Assembly: GCA_029261555.1 (NCBI GenBank)
Contig: JAJDBB010000031.1
Coordinates: 47 to 64,046, forward strand
Length of the DNA stretch: 64,000 nt
Direction of reading: 5' to 3'
Origin: Nitrospinaceae bacterium
Lineage (GTDB): Bacteria > Nitrospinota > Nitrospinia > Nitrospinales > JACRGP01
Shown here: piece after piece, positions 18,606-28,968 of the stretch
Position numbering within the stretch: position 1 is the first letter of the stretch
Layout: each line of letters starts with the position of its first letter
Position numbers and translations under genes: made by a program
The notes under the pieces: model-generated
Told to the model about the DNA's origin: nothing
The model's input: only the letters and a program-made list of their open reading frames with translations
Databases searched by the model: none

Positions 18606-20993
18606 ATGCCGCCAAAACCAAAAGACGCCCGGCAGGTAACATTTCGCAAGGGCAAAAAGACCGTAAAACCCGGCAAGGTTTTGTGGTGGAGCGTCTTCGT
18701 GGTTTTTTTGTTTACGGTATTGGCGGGTTTCATCGGCGCGGGCTACATTTATTTTGAATACTCCAAGGATCTCCCCGACGTCCGCCGCCTACGCACCTAT
18801 CAACCCGCCACCATTACCCGGGTATACTCGGACAGCGATGAATTGATCGCCGAATTTTTCGTCGAAAAAAGAACCATCGTGTCCGTGGATAAATTCCCCA
18901 AACATTTGATCCAGGCTACCCTGGCGGTTGAAGACTCGAATTTCAACTCTCATTACGGAATCGATCCCAAAGCAATCTTTCGCGCCCTGATCACGAACGT
19001 TAAGGCGGGGCGCGTAGTGGAGGGCGGGAGCACGATCACGCAGCAGTTGGCCAAAACGCTTTTCCTTTCTCCTGCCAGAAACCTGGAGCGCAAGATCAAG
19101 GAAGCCATCTTGTCGATTCGTCTTGAGATGATATTCACCAAAGACGAAATTCTCGGTTTTTATTTGAACCAGATTTATTACGGCCACGGCTCTTACGGGG
19201 TGGAAGCGGCGGCGCAGACTTATTTTGGAAAACACGTCCAGGACATGACATTGGAAGAATGCGCCATGATCGCCGGCCTGCCAAAAGCGCCCAACAACTA
19301 TTCCCCCTATCGTTACCCGGAAAAGGCAAAAATTCGCCGCAACCATTCCGTCCGTCGCATGGCGACCCTCAATTTTATAAACGAAGAGGAAGCGGTTAGA
19401 GCTTTGCAATCGAAGTTTAATTTACGCGGCATCCGGGATCCACTAAACAAGGCGCCCTACTTTGTCGAGCACATTCGCCAGTTCATTCAGGAAAAATATG
19501 GCGCCACCAAACTCTACCGCCACGGATTAAACGTTTACACTACGTTGAATCTGGACATGCAAAACAGCGCCCGCGCGGCGGTCCAGGACAACCTGAAGAC
19601 TTTGGACAAGCGTTACGGTTATCGAGGTCCGCTGGAGCACGTCGATTTCCAGGCCTCCAGCCCGGGGCTCATCAGTTTTTTAAGTACGTTGAACGATTTC
19701 GAAGGGGAAAACCGTCTCATGGAAGGAGCGGTTCTAAAAGGCTTGGTCACGTCCGTGGACGACGCCCAAGTCTGGGTCCACTTGGGCAACGGCCAGGGAA
19801 TCATTGATCTCAAGGACATGAGTTGGGCCAAAAAGCCCAACGTGAAAACGGACGGCAGGTGGCGAAAAATTAATAATCCCAATATGGCCGTCACCGCCGG
19901 AGACGTCATTTTGGTCAGAATAAAAGGAGTGCGGGAAGAAGGTTATTGGTCGCTGGCGCTGGAACAGGACCCGGAGGCGCAAGCCGGTTTGTTGAGTCTG
20001 GACCCGCAGGGCCACATCAAAGCCATGATCGGCGGATACGATTTTTCCAAAAGCCAGTTCAATCGTGCGGTCCAGGCGGTGCGCCAACCTGGGTCAGCTT
20101 TTAAACCCATCGTTTTTGCGGCGGCCATTTCCGAAGGCTTTACTCCGGCCAGTATCATCATGGACTCCCCCGTAATTTTCAAGGAACGGGAGCAAAATTT
20201 CGACAAATGGAAACCGGTGAATTTTGAAGAAAAATTTTACGGTCCCACCCTGCTGAGAACGGCGCTCGCCCATTCGCGCAACGTTGTATCCATCAAGTTG
20301 TTGCAAAACATCGGCGTCAACAAACTCGTCGCTTTTACACGGAAGTTTGGAATCCGAAGCCCACTGTCGAAAAATCTTTCGATCGCTTTAGGTTCCTCCG
20401 GACTCACGCTTTACGAATTGACGTCGGCTTATTCCATTTTCGCAAATTTGGGAAAGCGAACCGAACCCATCGCCGTGCGGTACATTAACGATCGTGATGG
20501 AAAAGTTATTTATACGGCGCAACCGAAAGTCACAGAGGCATTGCCCGCCGGGGTGGCCAAGGTCGTTTCCAGCATGTTGGAAAGCGTGGTCCAGGAAGGG
20601 ACGGGAGCCAAGGCCAAAGCCCTCAAGCGCCCCGTAGCCGCCAAAACCGGCACGACGAATAATTTTATCGACGCCTGGTTCATGGGGTTCACGCCGGAGT
20701 TGACAACGGGAGTGTGGGTGGGAAAGGATAAAGACGAATCGTTGGGCTACAATGAAACAGGTTCCCGCGCGGCCATTCCCATTTGGCTTCAGTTCATGAA
20801 AGAAAGTTTAAAGGACGCCCCGGCGGTCAACTTCCCGACCACTCCGGAGTCCGTCCATATAAAAATTGATCCTGAAACCGGCTCCTTGGCGGGTTTTGGG
20901 AAACCCGGCGCGCGTTTTGACGTCTTTTTGATCGACAACCCCCCGAAAAAAAATAACGGAGTCTCACCCAGACTTGCGGGAAAAAACTTTTGA
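18606..20993 (+). CDS. mrcA: Class A penicillin-binding protein 1A
   Basis: GT motifs EDSNF and GGSTITQQLAK; TP motifs SAFK, SRN, KTG; insertion between the GT and TP domains. Confidence 0.92.
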   Translation: MPPKPKDARQVTFRKGKKTVKPGKVLWWSVFVVFLFTVLAGFIGAGYIYFEYSKDLPDVRRLRTYQPATITRVYSDSDELIAEFFVEKRTIVSVDKFPKHLIQATLAVEDSNFNSHYGIDPKAIFRALITNVKAGRVVEGGSTITQQLAKTLFLSPARNLERKIKEAILSIRLEMIFTKDEILGFYLNQIYYGHGSYGVEAAAQTYFGKHVQDMTLEECAMIAGLPKAPNNYSPYRYPEKAKIRRNHSVRRMATLNFINEEEAVRALQSKFNLRGIRDPLNKAPYFVEHIRQFIQEKYGATKLYRHGLNVYTTLNLDMQNSARAAVQDNLKTLDKRYGYRGPLEHVDFQASSPGLISFLSTLNDFEGENRLMEGAVLKGLVTSVDDAQVWVHLGNGQGIIDLKDMSWAKKPNVKTDGRWRKINNPNMAVTAGDVILVRIKGVREEGYWSLALEQDPEAQAGLLSLDPQGHIKAMIGGYDFSKSQFNRAVQAVRQPGSAFKPIVFAAAISEGFTPASIIMDSPVIFKEREQNFDKWKPVNFEEKFYGPTLLRTALAHSRNVVSIKLLQNIGVNKLVAFTRKFGIRSPLSKNLSIALGSSGLTLYELTSAYSIFANLGKRTEPIAVRYINDRDGKVIYTAQPKVTEALPAGVAKVVSSMLESVVQEGTGAKAKALKRPVAAKTGTTNNFIDAWFMGFTPELTTGVWVGKDKDESLGYNETGSRAAIPIWLQFMKESLKDAPAVNFPTTPESVHIKIDPETGSLAGFGKPGARFDVFLIDNPPKKNNGVSPRLAGKNF

Positions 20994-21006
20994 CCGCCAG
21001 CTTTTT

Positions 21007-23004
21007 TTAATTGGCCTGCACGATTTGACGACGCTTCACTTTCATGATGAAAAGGTTTTTCTCCGAATCGCCAGAACCCAGAATGGAAGCGCTTCCGGAA
21101 ACGCCGGAGAATTCTTTTACGGAAAACAACCGGTTTCTTAATTGCAGACGATTCTTCACTCCATTGCGAACGAGGTTTAAAATCATCCTGGCGGCGTCGT
21201 AGGATTGGGCGGAGAGGATGGTGGGTTCTTCCCCAAAAGTTTTTTTATAGTTCTCTACAAAATTCCGGACCTCCGGGCGCTTGGAATCGACAAAAAACCC
21301 GTCCACAAAGTAACCGTTCTTTAAATGCTTTCCGGCGTTTTTAACCAGGTCGGGCGAGTTCCAGCCGTTGCCCCCCAAAAAAGCCACGTCCACGATATTG
21401 TAAAAAATAAACTGCGGAATAATAAGCGCTACCTTGTCGTAAAAACCCGGAATAAAAACCGCGTCGAAATTGAGTTCCAACGATACCCGCAATTTTTCCA
21501 CCTCGTCGTCTTCCCAAAATCCCTGCTCGATAATGGGTTCGGAAAGCGGCGGGTCCTCTTTGTAGCGCCCCGGTTTTTGAACCTTCATCACCAGATCCCT
21601 GGAAGCCTTTGTCAATTGTTTGTCCGACATACCTCCCATTTCAAGAATCTGCTTTTTGAAATCAGTTTGCTCTCGATTATAAAAAACCGAAGCCGCCACC
21701 TGCGCTCCCAGCTTTTCGACCTCCTCGGAAAAGCTGTCTTTCAATTGAATCCCGTAGGTTTCGTCCGGGTAGAGAACGACAAACCGACGAAGGCCCAATT
21801 GATTCACCGCATACTCAGCGAGAAACTTGGCCTGGTTTGAGCGGGTCATCGCGTTCCGAAAAACATAATCGCTCATCTCTGGCAAACCCGGCGAGGACGC
21901 AGTCGGCGTAAACAAAGGCAGTTGGTATTTTTCCAGCAAGGGAATCGACTCCTTGACGTGTTCGCTGAAAAGCGGACCCAGGATTCCTAACACTTCGGGA
22001 TCTCTCGCCAAGTCTTCCACAACGGATTTAACGGATTCCGTTTTTGCGGAATCGCGGACTTCCAGCTTCAGTGTTTCCCTTTCCTTGAATCCTAACTGGT
22101 TCCATGCCAACTGAATTCCCTGCAACACTTGTTGACCCGTCAAAGCGTGCTTTCCAGTCAGCGGAAGAACCGCCCCCAACTTATATCCACGCCCGCTCAG
22201 CGTTTCAATCTGGCTCAGGCTTTTTTCAACTTCGCCCGCCAGCGAATGTTTGGGAAAGCGCCGGAGGAAATCCTGTAGAGACGCTCTGTACTTTTCAAGG
22301 TTTCCATTGACCCGATAAATATCCTGCAATCTCAATAACAGCAAGTCGACCGGAAACCCCGCCTGGTACCGGGCCGCCAAATCCTCGGCGGATTCTCTCG
22401 ATAAGTTCTCTCTGATTATTTTTTTTATCGACTGACGAGCGTGGCCTCTTAACTCTTCCTGAGCGCTATTGTTGTAAACATGAAGAAGTTTGTGGACGGC
22501 GTTGCTGAAATCAAAATTTTTCTCATCCAGTTTGCCCAAGAAAAGAATCGTCTCCCATCGCCTTTTTACGTCCGGATCCGTTTTTAAAAGGCGTTGGAAC
22601 ACTTCATTGGCGCGTTGGTACTGGCCCAATTCAAAATAATTCTTCCCAATATAAAACAGCGCCTGATGAAGCAGGGAGGCCTCCTTTTCCTGCTTCAAAA
22701 CCAAGTTGAAATAACGCAGGGCGGTGGCGTAGGATTTTTTGTCGAATTCGATCTGCCCCAGGCGAAACAGGGCCAAACCGGTTTTGGAAGCGGAGGGGAA
22801 CAACCGCAGGTATTCGTCGTAGGCCTGAATCGCCTCGAGAAATTTTCCGGCGTGAAAATAATACTCGGCGCGCAAGAAGGGATCCTGGGAGGAATCGGAT
22901 GGCGAAATATTTTCCGCGCCTGCGTCTAAAACCAAACAAAATAATAGAACAAGGAGAATACCCGACCTGAAACTAATCCAACAATTGCTCTCCTTATTTC
23001 TCAT
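21007..23004 (-). CDS. TPR plus periplasmic-binding-fold protein (LpoA-like PBP activator family)
   Basis: Signal peptide, N-terminal TPRs, then GAVLPLTG...ILGPL...AQSYDA type I periplasmic-binding fold. Confidence 0.75.
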   Translation of the reverse strand: MRNKESNCWISFRSGILLVLLFCLVLDAGAENISPSDSSQDPFLRAEYYFHAGKFLEAIQAYDEYLRLFPSASKTGLALFRLGQIEFDKKSYATALRYFNLVLKQEKEASLLHQALFYIGKNYFELGQYQRANEVFQRLLKTDPDVKRRWETILFLGKLDEKNFDFSNAVHKLLHVYNNSAQEELRGHARQSIKKIIRENLSRESAEDLAARYQAGFPVDLLLLRLQDIYRVNGNLEKYRASLQDFLRRFPKHSLAGEVEKSLSQIETLSGRGYKLGAVLPLTGKHALTGQQVLQGIQLAWNQLGFKERETLKLEVRDSAKTESVKSVVEDLARDPEVLGILGPLFSEHVKESIPLLEKYQLPLFTPTASSPGLPEMSDYVFRNAMTRSNQAKFLAEYAVNQLGLRRFVVLYPDETYGIQLKDSFSEEVEKLGAQVAASVFYNREQTDFKKQILEMGGMSDKQLTKASRDLVMKVQKPGRYKEDPPLSEPIIEQGFWEDDEVEKLRVSLELNFDAVFIPGFYDKVALIIPQFIFYNIVDVAFLGGNGWNSPDLVKNAGKHLKNGYFVDGFFVDSKRPEVRNFVENYKKTFGEEPTILSAQSYDAARMILNLVRNGVKNRLQLRNRLFSVKEFSGVSGSASILGSGDSEKNLFIMKVKRRQIVQAN

Positions 23005-24388
23005 TTAAATCCTTGCCCTTGAGCTTGTGCTTTTGAAGGCGGTAGCGCATGGAACGAAAACTGAGGTTCAACAATTTGGCGGCTTTGTTAATGATTCCGT
23101 TGGTTTCCTCCAAAGCGCCGAGAAGAATTCTTTTTTCGATTTTTTCCAGTGTCATCTCAAGATCGACGGCGGGATTACCCAAAGAGGGCATCAAATCCGC
23201 GATAGACGACGATTCTTCCCTGATTTCATCCGTCAGGCTCGTGGCCTGTATCGCGATTCCAGTCTCCAAAACCACTGAGCGCTCGATGGTATTTTCGAGT
23301 TCGCGGACGTTTCCAGGCCAGCGGTAATTTTCCAGAATCTTCATAGCCTCGGGAGTGATCGATTCTATCGCCGGATTTCGATTGTGCTTTTTATTAAATT
23401 TCTGAATAAAATGATTTGCCAAAAGTGGAATATCTTCGATGCGGTCTCTCAACGGAGGCAGATGAATGGAAATGACCTTGAGCCGGTAAAAAAGATCTTC
23501 CCGAAAAGTTTTTTCTTTCACGCCCTGGGCAAGATCCCTGTTGGAAGCAGCGATGATGCGCACGTCCACCGGAGTCGGCTTGACGCCCCCCACCCGCGTC
23601 AATTCCCTTTCCTGCAAAACGCGCAGAAGCTTTACCTGAATCGAAAGCGGAGCGTCATAGGCTTCGTCTAAAAAAAAAGTTCCCTCGTGGGCCGTTTCCA
23701 TCAACCCAATCTTCTTGGAATCTGCATTGGTGAAGGCGCCCTTTTCATGGCCGAACAATTCGCTCTCCAGCAGGGTTTCCGGCAAAGCGCCGCAGTTGAT
23801 CGACACAAAAGGCTTGTCCTTCCTCGGGCTGTTATAGTGCAGGGCCTTGGCCGCAAGCTCCTTACCCGTTCCGCTTTCCCCTTGGATCAAAACGGTCGCG
23901 TTACTCTCCGCCACCTTTTGTATCAAATCGAACACCTTTTGCATGGCGGGGCTTTTCCCAAAAATATTCGCATACTGATATTTCTCTGAAAGGGCCGATC
24001 GAAGCCGGGAATTTTCGCGGGACAAACGCTTTTTTTCTACGGCGTTTTTGAGGATGAGTTGAAGCTCTTCAATCTCGAAGGGTTTGGATAAATAATCGAA
24101 CGCGCCTTTTTTCATCGCCTGAACCGCCGTCTCGGCGGAGGCATAAGCAGTCATCATGATCACGGGCGTTTTGGGGTCTTGTAAATTGGCTGCATCCAGA
24201 ACTACAAGACCATTGGATTTGGGCATTTTAATATCGGTGATCACCGCGTCGAATTCATTATTTTGAAGCAACTTCGCCGCAGCCTCGCCATTCCGGGCGG
24301 ACGACACCTCGTAGCCCTCTTTTTCGAGCATGATGGTGAGAAAATCGCACATGCTCTTTTCGTCGTCCACAACCAATACCGCGCTCAT
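22994..24388 (-). CDS. Sigma54-dependent response regulator (NtrC/PilR-like)
   Basis: Receiver domain (VVDDE, TDIKMP), GESGTGKE, ESELFGHEKGAFTNA, WPGNVREL, HTH LSFRSMRYRL. Confidence 0.92.
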   Translation of the reverse strand: MSAVLVVDDEKSMCDFLTIMLEKEGYEVSSARNGEAAAKLLQNNEFDAVITDIKMPKSNGLVVLDAANLQDPKTPVIMMTAYASAETAVQAMKKGAFDYLSKPFEIEELQLILKNAVEKKRLSRENSRLRSALSEKYQYANIFGKSPAMQKVFDLIQKVAESNATVLIQGESGTGKELAAKALHYNSPRKDKPFVSINCGALPETLLESELFGHEKGAFTNADSKKIGLMETAHEGTFFLDEAYDAPLSIQVKLLRVLQERELTRVGGVKPTPVDVRIIAASNRDLAQGVKEKTFREDLFYRLKVISIHLPPLRDRIEDIPLLANHFIQKFNKKHNRNPAIESITPEAMKILENYRWPGNVRELENTIERSVVLETGIAIQATSLTDEIREESSSIADLMPSLGNPAVDLEMTLEKIEKRILLGALEETNGIINKAAKLLNLSFRSMRYRLQKHKLKGKDLNEK

Positions 24389-24508
24389 ATTTTTTCCAGG
24401 GAGTTTATAAGAAATTATTCCGCAAAGGCCTCATCAAGTGGCTATAAAATTTTAAACGGAAAGTCTTTAAAAACAAAACTATAATTTAAATTCCCCAAAA
24501 CCGTCGGA

Positions 24509-25609
24509 TCAACAAGCCTCTACCTCGGGATATTTTTTACAGAGCGTTTCCAAACTGGAATCTATATCGGCAATAGAAACCATTCTAGCAGAACCTTCCA
24601 CAAGCTTTTTCGCCTCGCCCATGTAATGGATCGCTTTGACGCCGTCTCCAAGCAAATCGTATAACCGGCCTAGGTTGATATACGTTTCCACAACATTTGG
24701 ATTGATTTTCAACGATTCTAAAAAAACCGTCAACGCATCCTGCATCATTCCTTTTCTAAAATAAACTTCTCCAATAGCATTTTGGACCCATATGGAACCG
24801 CCGTACAATCCATCTGCCTTAAGAAAATGCGCAAGGGCTTTGTCCAGTTGATTCAATTTCAGATAGGTCAATCCCAATTCAAAATGAAAAAGAATATTTC
24901 GCGGTTGGCCGGCAAGATCCCACTTCAAAAGCTCAATTTTCGAGGCCGCTTCCAAATCCGCAGGATCGGCAATTTGGTTTTTAAATTTGTCCGGATTGAG
25001 ATCGCCGGCATAAACCGCAATTAATTTTGCGACGCCACTATTATTTTTTTTAGATTGCCGCAAAATTTCCTTGGCGGCCAAAAAGTCCAACATTGCCTGC
25101 TCCGGTTCCCCCAATTCACCATAGGCAATACCGCGATTTACATAGGCGGGAACAAAATCAGGTTGTATTTTTAGGGCCTTATCAAGCCATGGCAACGCAT
25201 CCAGAAAGTTCTTCTGGGCCAAATAAATAATTCCCGTGTCATTTAAAAGAGACGCACTTTCTGGCTGATACTCGAGGAGTTGCTTATAATGAAAAAAAGA
25301 CTTTTTAAAGTCGCCCCAAGTTTTATAAAGTTCCGCCAACATGAACCGGGCGCTCTGATGTCGGGGGTTTATTTCAAGAGCTTTTTCAAAACTCTGAGCG
25401 GCCTCTTTGTCTGATCCTTCCAGGTGGTAGGTCAATCCAAGATTATAATGGGCTTCCGCATCGCCCGGCTCCATTTGAACCGCATTTTGATAGTCCTCCA
25501 AGCTCAAATCGACAAAACTTGAAGACGCCGCCATCCCGCAAAATATCGTCGCCCCAAATAGGACGGCTATAAGTAAATATTTAGGAAGTTTTACAGCTAG
25601 CATGATCAA
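24509..25609 (-). CDS. Exported TPR protein
   Basis: Signal/TM N-terminus and several TPRs (AEAHYNLG, AYVNRG, TYINLG). Confidence 0.82.
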   Translation of the reverse strand: MIMLAVKLPKYLLIAVLFGATIFCGMAASSSFVDLSLEDYQNAVQMEPGDAEAHYNLGLTYHLEGSDKEAAQSFEKALEINPRHQSARFMLAELYKTWGDFKKSFFHYKQLLEYQPESASLLNDTGIIYLAQKNFLDALPWLDKALKIQPDFVPAYVNRGIAYGELGEPEQAMLDFLAAKEILRQSKKNNSGVAKLIAVYAGDLNPDKFKNQIADPADLEAASKIELLKWDLAGQPRNILFHFELGLTYLKLNQLDKALAHFLKADGLYGGSIWVQNAIGEVYFRKGMMQDALTVFLESLKINPNVVETYINLGRLYDLLGDGVKAIHYMGEAKKLVEGSARMVSIADIDSSLETLCKKYPEVEAC

Positions 25610-25636
25610 GGCCTAAAAAGCCGCTTATAGAAAAAC

Positions 25637-26716
25637 TTAATGATCCTCAATTTCCTTCAAACGTCTCGATATAGTTTCAGCCAACAGTTCGTTCCCCAAA
25701 GGGGAATAATGATGCGAATCTTTTCCAGATTGGCGGTAAAAACTCTCCAGGACGTTATCCCTAGACTTTAAAATCAGTTCGTTTTTAAAGTCGATATATT
25801 CAAAACGATTCCTTCTTATTCGCTTGAGAAACCTCTCGTAGCTCTCTGCAAACCCACTATCAAGGGTTTCACAATCAAAAGGCTTTCCCTTCAATTCACA
25901 AATCGAATGCTTCACAGCGCCCATCGATGGCGAAAGAACAAATAACGGTTTGGCGCCATACTGGAACGCTAGATTTCTAATTTTAATGAAAAGGGAAAAA
26001 ACGACCCAAAAGCCTTCCCTATTGATCAAATTTCTTTCCCCGCAAATTTCTTTGCCGCGACCATTCATTCCCAGTTGCTCCAATATCCAGCTTTTGGCAA
26101 AAATATTTTGACAGGAAAATCTTGAAAGTTTTCCTGTCATATTGACCAGACGTCCTTGGTCCTCAACGAAAAATGGCTTCTGTATACCGTTAAGATTATC
26201 TCTTCTTGTATCGTTCAAATCATTGGTTGGGAAAAGAACTGCAACCACATATTTTGGGCGGGTCTTTCCAATATGTCTTCTCAGGGCAAGATAATATTGA
26301 TCGATCCCATACCCAGACACTGCCAGATTGAGCGTCTGATACTTTTTAAATTCCTGGCCCAAAATATATGAAGCCGCTTCATCATCGTTCACGCCAAGTC
26401 CAAACGCCACCGAATCTCCTAAAATCAATATATGTTCTCTGGCGAGATCAATTTCTTCCGATCGGAATCCAAGCGCGTTGCCGGTGTACGTTACGTTTTC
26501 AAATACGGTCTTGGTATTTACAGGATTAGCCCATCCCAATTCGGGATCAAAAATGGTATGCGGGACCACCCATGAATTGCTTCGCTTATACCAAAAATAC
26601 GTCTCAACGAAGGGGAGGCAAAACAAAAAAGCGAAGAGAATGGCGAAGAGGGAGAGGATTATTTCTTTTTTTCGAGATTGGAAAAAACCTTGGACGGAGA
26701 CCAGATTTCCAGTCAT
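25637..26716 (-). CDS. Membrane-anchored SGNH/GDSL hydrolase-family protein
   Basis: [29 protein letters not shown]. Confidence 0.82.
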   Translation of the reverse strand: MTGNLVSVQGFFQSRKKEIILSLFAILFAFLFCLPFVETYFWYKRSNSWVVPHTIFDPELGWANPVNTKTVFENVTYTGNALGFRSEEIDLAREHILILGDSVAFGLGVNDDEAASYILGQEFKKYQTLNLAVSGYGIDQYYLALRRHIGKTRPKYVVAVLFPTNDLNDTRRDNLNGIQKPFFVEDQGRLVNMTGKLSRFSCQNIFAKSWILEQLGMNGRGKEICGERNLINREGFWVVFSLFIKIRNLAFQYGAKPLFVLSPSMGAVKHSICELKGKPFDCETLDSGFAESYERFLKRIRRNRFEYIDFKNELILKSRDNVLESFYRQSGKDSHHYSPLGNELLAETISRRLKEIEDH

Positions 26717-27921
26717 TGTTCCCTGAATGTTCTCGAATGGATTTTCAACCGCAGTGCGTTGAGGCGAATAAAACCCGTAGCGTCGTCCTGATTATAAGCC
26801 TCGTCTTCTTCGAACGTGGCGACGTCGGAATGATACAATGATCTTGGAGCCTTCCTGCCCACCACTCGGCAGGTTCCCTTGTAAAGTTTTAAACGCACCG
26901 TACCGGACACGCACTTTTGCGCGGCGTCCATGGTTTCCTGCAACCACGTTCTTTCAGGCGAATACCAGAAACCGTTGTAAATCATCTTCGCGTACTTGGA
27001 AATCAGGGAGTCGCGCAGGGACATCACTTCGCGGTCCATGGTGATCGATTCGATATCCCGGTGGGCAACATGGAGAATAGTCCCTCCCGGCGTTTCATAA
27101 ACGCCGCGCGATTTCATTCCGACAAAGCGGCTCTCGACAATGTCGATGCGCCCGACGCCGTTTTCCCCGCCCAACTGGTTCAACCGTTCCAGAAGGCGGG
27201 CGGGCGAAAGCCGCTCTCCATCTATCCCAACGGGGTTTCCCTCCTCGTATTCGATCTCAACCGCAGTCGCCTTGTCGGGCGCGTGTTCCGGCGAAACCGA
27301 CATTTGAAACATATCCTCGTGCGGTTCGTACCAGGGATCCTCCAAAACTCCGCCCTCGTAGCTGACATGGAACATGTTTCGGTCCATGCTGTACGGCTTG
27401 TCCTTGGTAACGGGAACGGGGATGCCATGGGTTTTTGCGTAATCGATCAATGCCGTTCTGGAATTTAAATCCCAATCCCGCCAAGGAGCAATGATTTGAA
27501 TTTCGGGATTTAACGTTTGGAAAGCCAGCTCAAAGCGCACCTGATCGTTGCCCTTGCCCGTAGCGCCATGCGATACGCCGTCGGCGCCCTCTTTTTCGGC
27601 GATGCGGATTTGCTCTTTTGCAATCAGGGGCCGGGCGATGGCAGTTCCCAGTAAATAATTATTTTCGTAAAACGCGTTTGCCCGCAACATGGGAAACACA
27701 AAGTCGCGCACAAACTCCTCGCGCAAATCTTCAATGTAAACTTTGGACGCTCCAGTGGCCAGGGCCTTTTCACGGACGGGATCCAACTCCTGACCCTGCC
27801 CGACGTCGGCGGCGTAAGCGATAATTTCGCAATCGTACTGCTCCTTCAACCACTTGATAATCACGGAGGTGTCCAGGCCGCCGGAATAGGCCAAAACAAT
27901 TTTTTTGATTTTAGTTTTCAT
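26713..27921 (-). CDS. argG: Argininosuccinate synthase
   Basis: [34 protein letters not shown]. Confidence 0.98.
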   Translation of the reverse strand: MKTKIKKIVLAYSGGLDTSVIIKWLKEQYDCEIIAYAADVGQGQELDPVREKALATGASKVYIEDLREEFVRDFVFPMLRANAFYENNYLLGTAIARPLIAKEQIRIAEKEGADGVSHGATGKGNDQVRFELAFQTLNPEIQIIAPWRDWDLNSRTALIDYAKTHGIPVPVTKDKPYSMDRNMFHVSYEGGVLEDPWYEPHEDMFQMSVSPEHAPDKATAVEIEYEEGNPVGIDGERLSPARLLERLNQLGGENGVGRIDIVESRFVGMKSRGVYETPGGTILHVAHRDIESITMDREVMSLRDSLISKYAKMIYNGFWYSPERTWLQETMDAAQKCVSGTVRLKLYKGTCRVVGRKAPRSLYHSDVATFEEDEAYNQDDATGFIRLNALRLKIHSRTFREQ

Positions 27922-27972
27922 GGTTTAAATTTCAATTCCAAATGGGTATCAATTTTATTTATCTACGCCGCT

Positions 27973-28965
27973 TCAACGCTCCACCAAAAAAGTATCCGGA
28001 GAATACCTGGCGGCGCCCCAAAGTGCGGCTTTATCGTCGAGAATCATATGAACGGGAACGCTTTCCAGAAAACTCCGAAACGTACCCTTGGATAAAAAGG
28101 AATCCAAAAATACTTCCTCACCCATGAGTGAGGCGAGCCGGGGAGCGATTCCGCCGCCGATATAAATTCCGCCCCTGGTATTTATTTGTAGAGCCAAGTT
28201 ACCAGCCGCCGCGCCATATATAGACACGAATAGTTCCAAGGCTTGCCCGCACAGCGCGGATTTTTTGTTCAAACCGTATTGGACGATCACAGCAGGCGGA
28301 TCTTGGCGCTTAAACTCCTGCGTCAACCATTCCGGCTCGGACGCAGAATTATACAACTTTACAAACTCATAGATAGCTAAAAGTCCCGGCCCGGAAACAA
28401 TTTCTTCCGCCTTCACCCGTTCCTCTTTTTCCAGCAGATGCAGGAGCAGTTGCGCCGACATTTTACAGTGAGGAGAAAAATCCGCCTGCCCGCCCTCGGA
28501 ACTCAATACGCGAAATTTTTCCGACTCTCCGGGAACCAGAAACGCCTGCCCCAACCCCGTGCCGGCGGCGATAACGCCGATGGGGCCTTTGGAATGCGGC
28601 CGCCCCTGCTGAAGGGTCAGAGTTTGGTCGGGTTTCAAAAAAGGAACGACGCAGGCCAGAGCAGCCAGGTCGTTGAGCAAAAAAACTTTTGAAATCCCAA
28701 GGCGCTTTTTTAAATCCTCAACGCAAATTTCCCAAGGATGATTGGTCACCTGGCAACGCTCGTTTATTACCGGTCCGGCGGCGCCGAAGCTGGCGCGGTC
28801 AATTGCAATGGAACGGCCCGCCAGGAATTCCCGAAGCGTGGCGGCGAAGTCCGGATAGTCCGCAACGCGAAATTCTCCGATTTCGGCCAACTCAAGAGAG
28901 CCGTCGCGCTCCTGGAAAAGAGCCAAGTTCGCCTTGGTGCCGCCAATGTCCCCCGCGAGAATCAT
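27973..28965 (-). CDS. glk: Glucokinase
   Basis: ILAGDIGGTK, LLNDL, AGTGLG, SEGG, GGIYIGGGI. Confidence 0.92.
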   Translation of the reverse strand: MILAGDIGGTKANLALFQERDGSLELAEIGEFRVADYPDFAATLREFLAGRSIAIDRASFGAAGPVINERCQVTNHPWEICVEDLKKRLGISKVFLLNDLAALACVVPFLKPDQTLTLQQGRPHSKGPIGVIAAGTGLGQAFLVPGESEKFRVLSSEGGQADFSPHCKMSAQLLLHLLEKEERVKAEEIVSGPGLLAIYEFVKLYNSASEPEWLTQEFKRQDPPAVIVQYGLNKKSALCGQALELFVSIYGAAAGNLALQINTRGGIYIGGGIAPRLASLMGEEVFLDSFLSKGTFRSFLESVPVHMILDDKAALWGAARYSPDTFLVER

Positions 28966-28968
28966 ACG

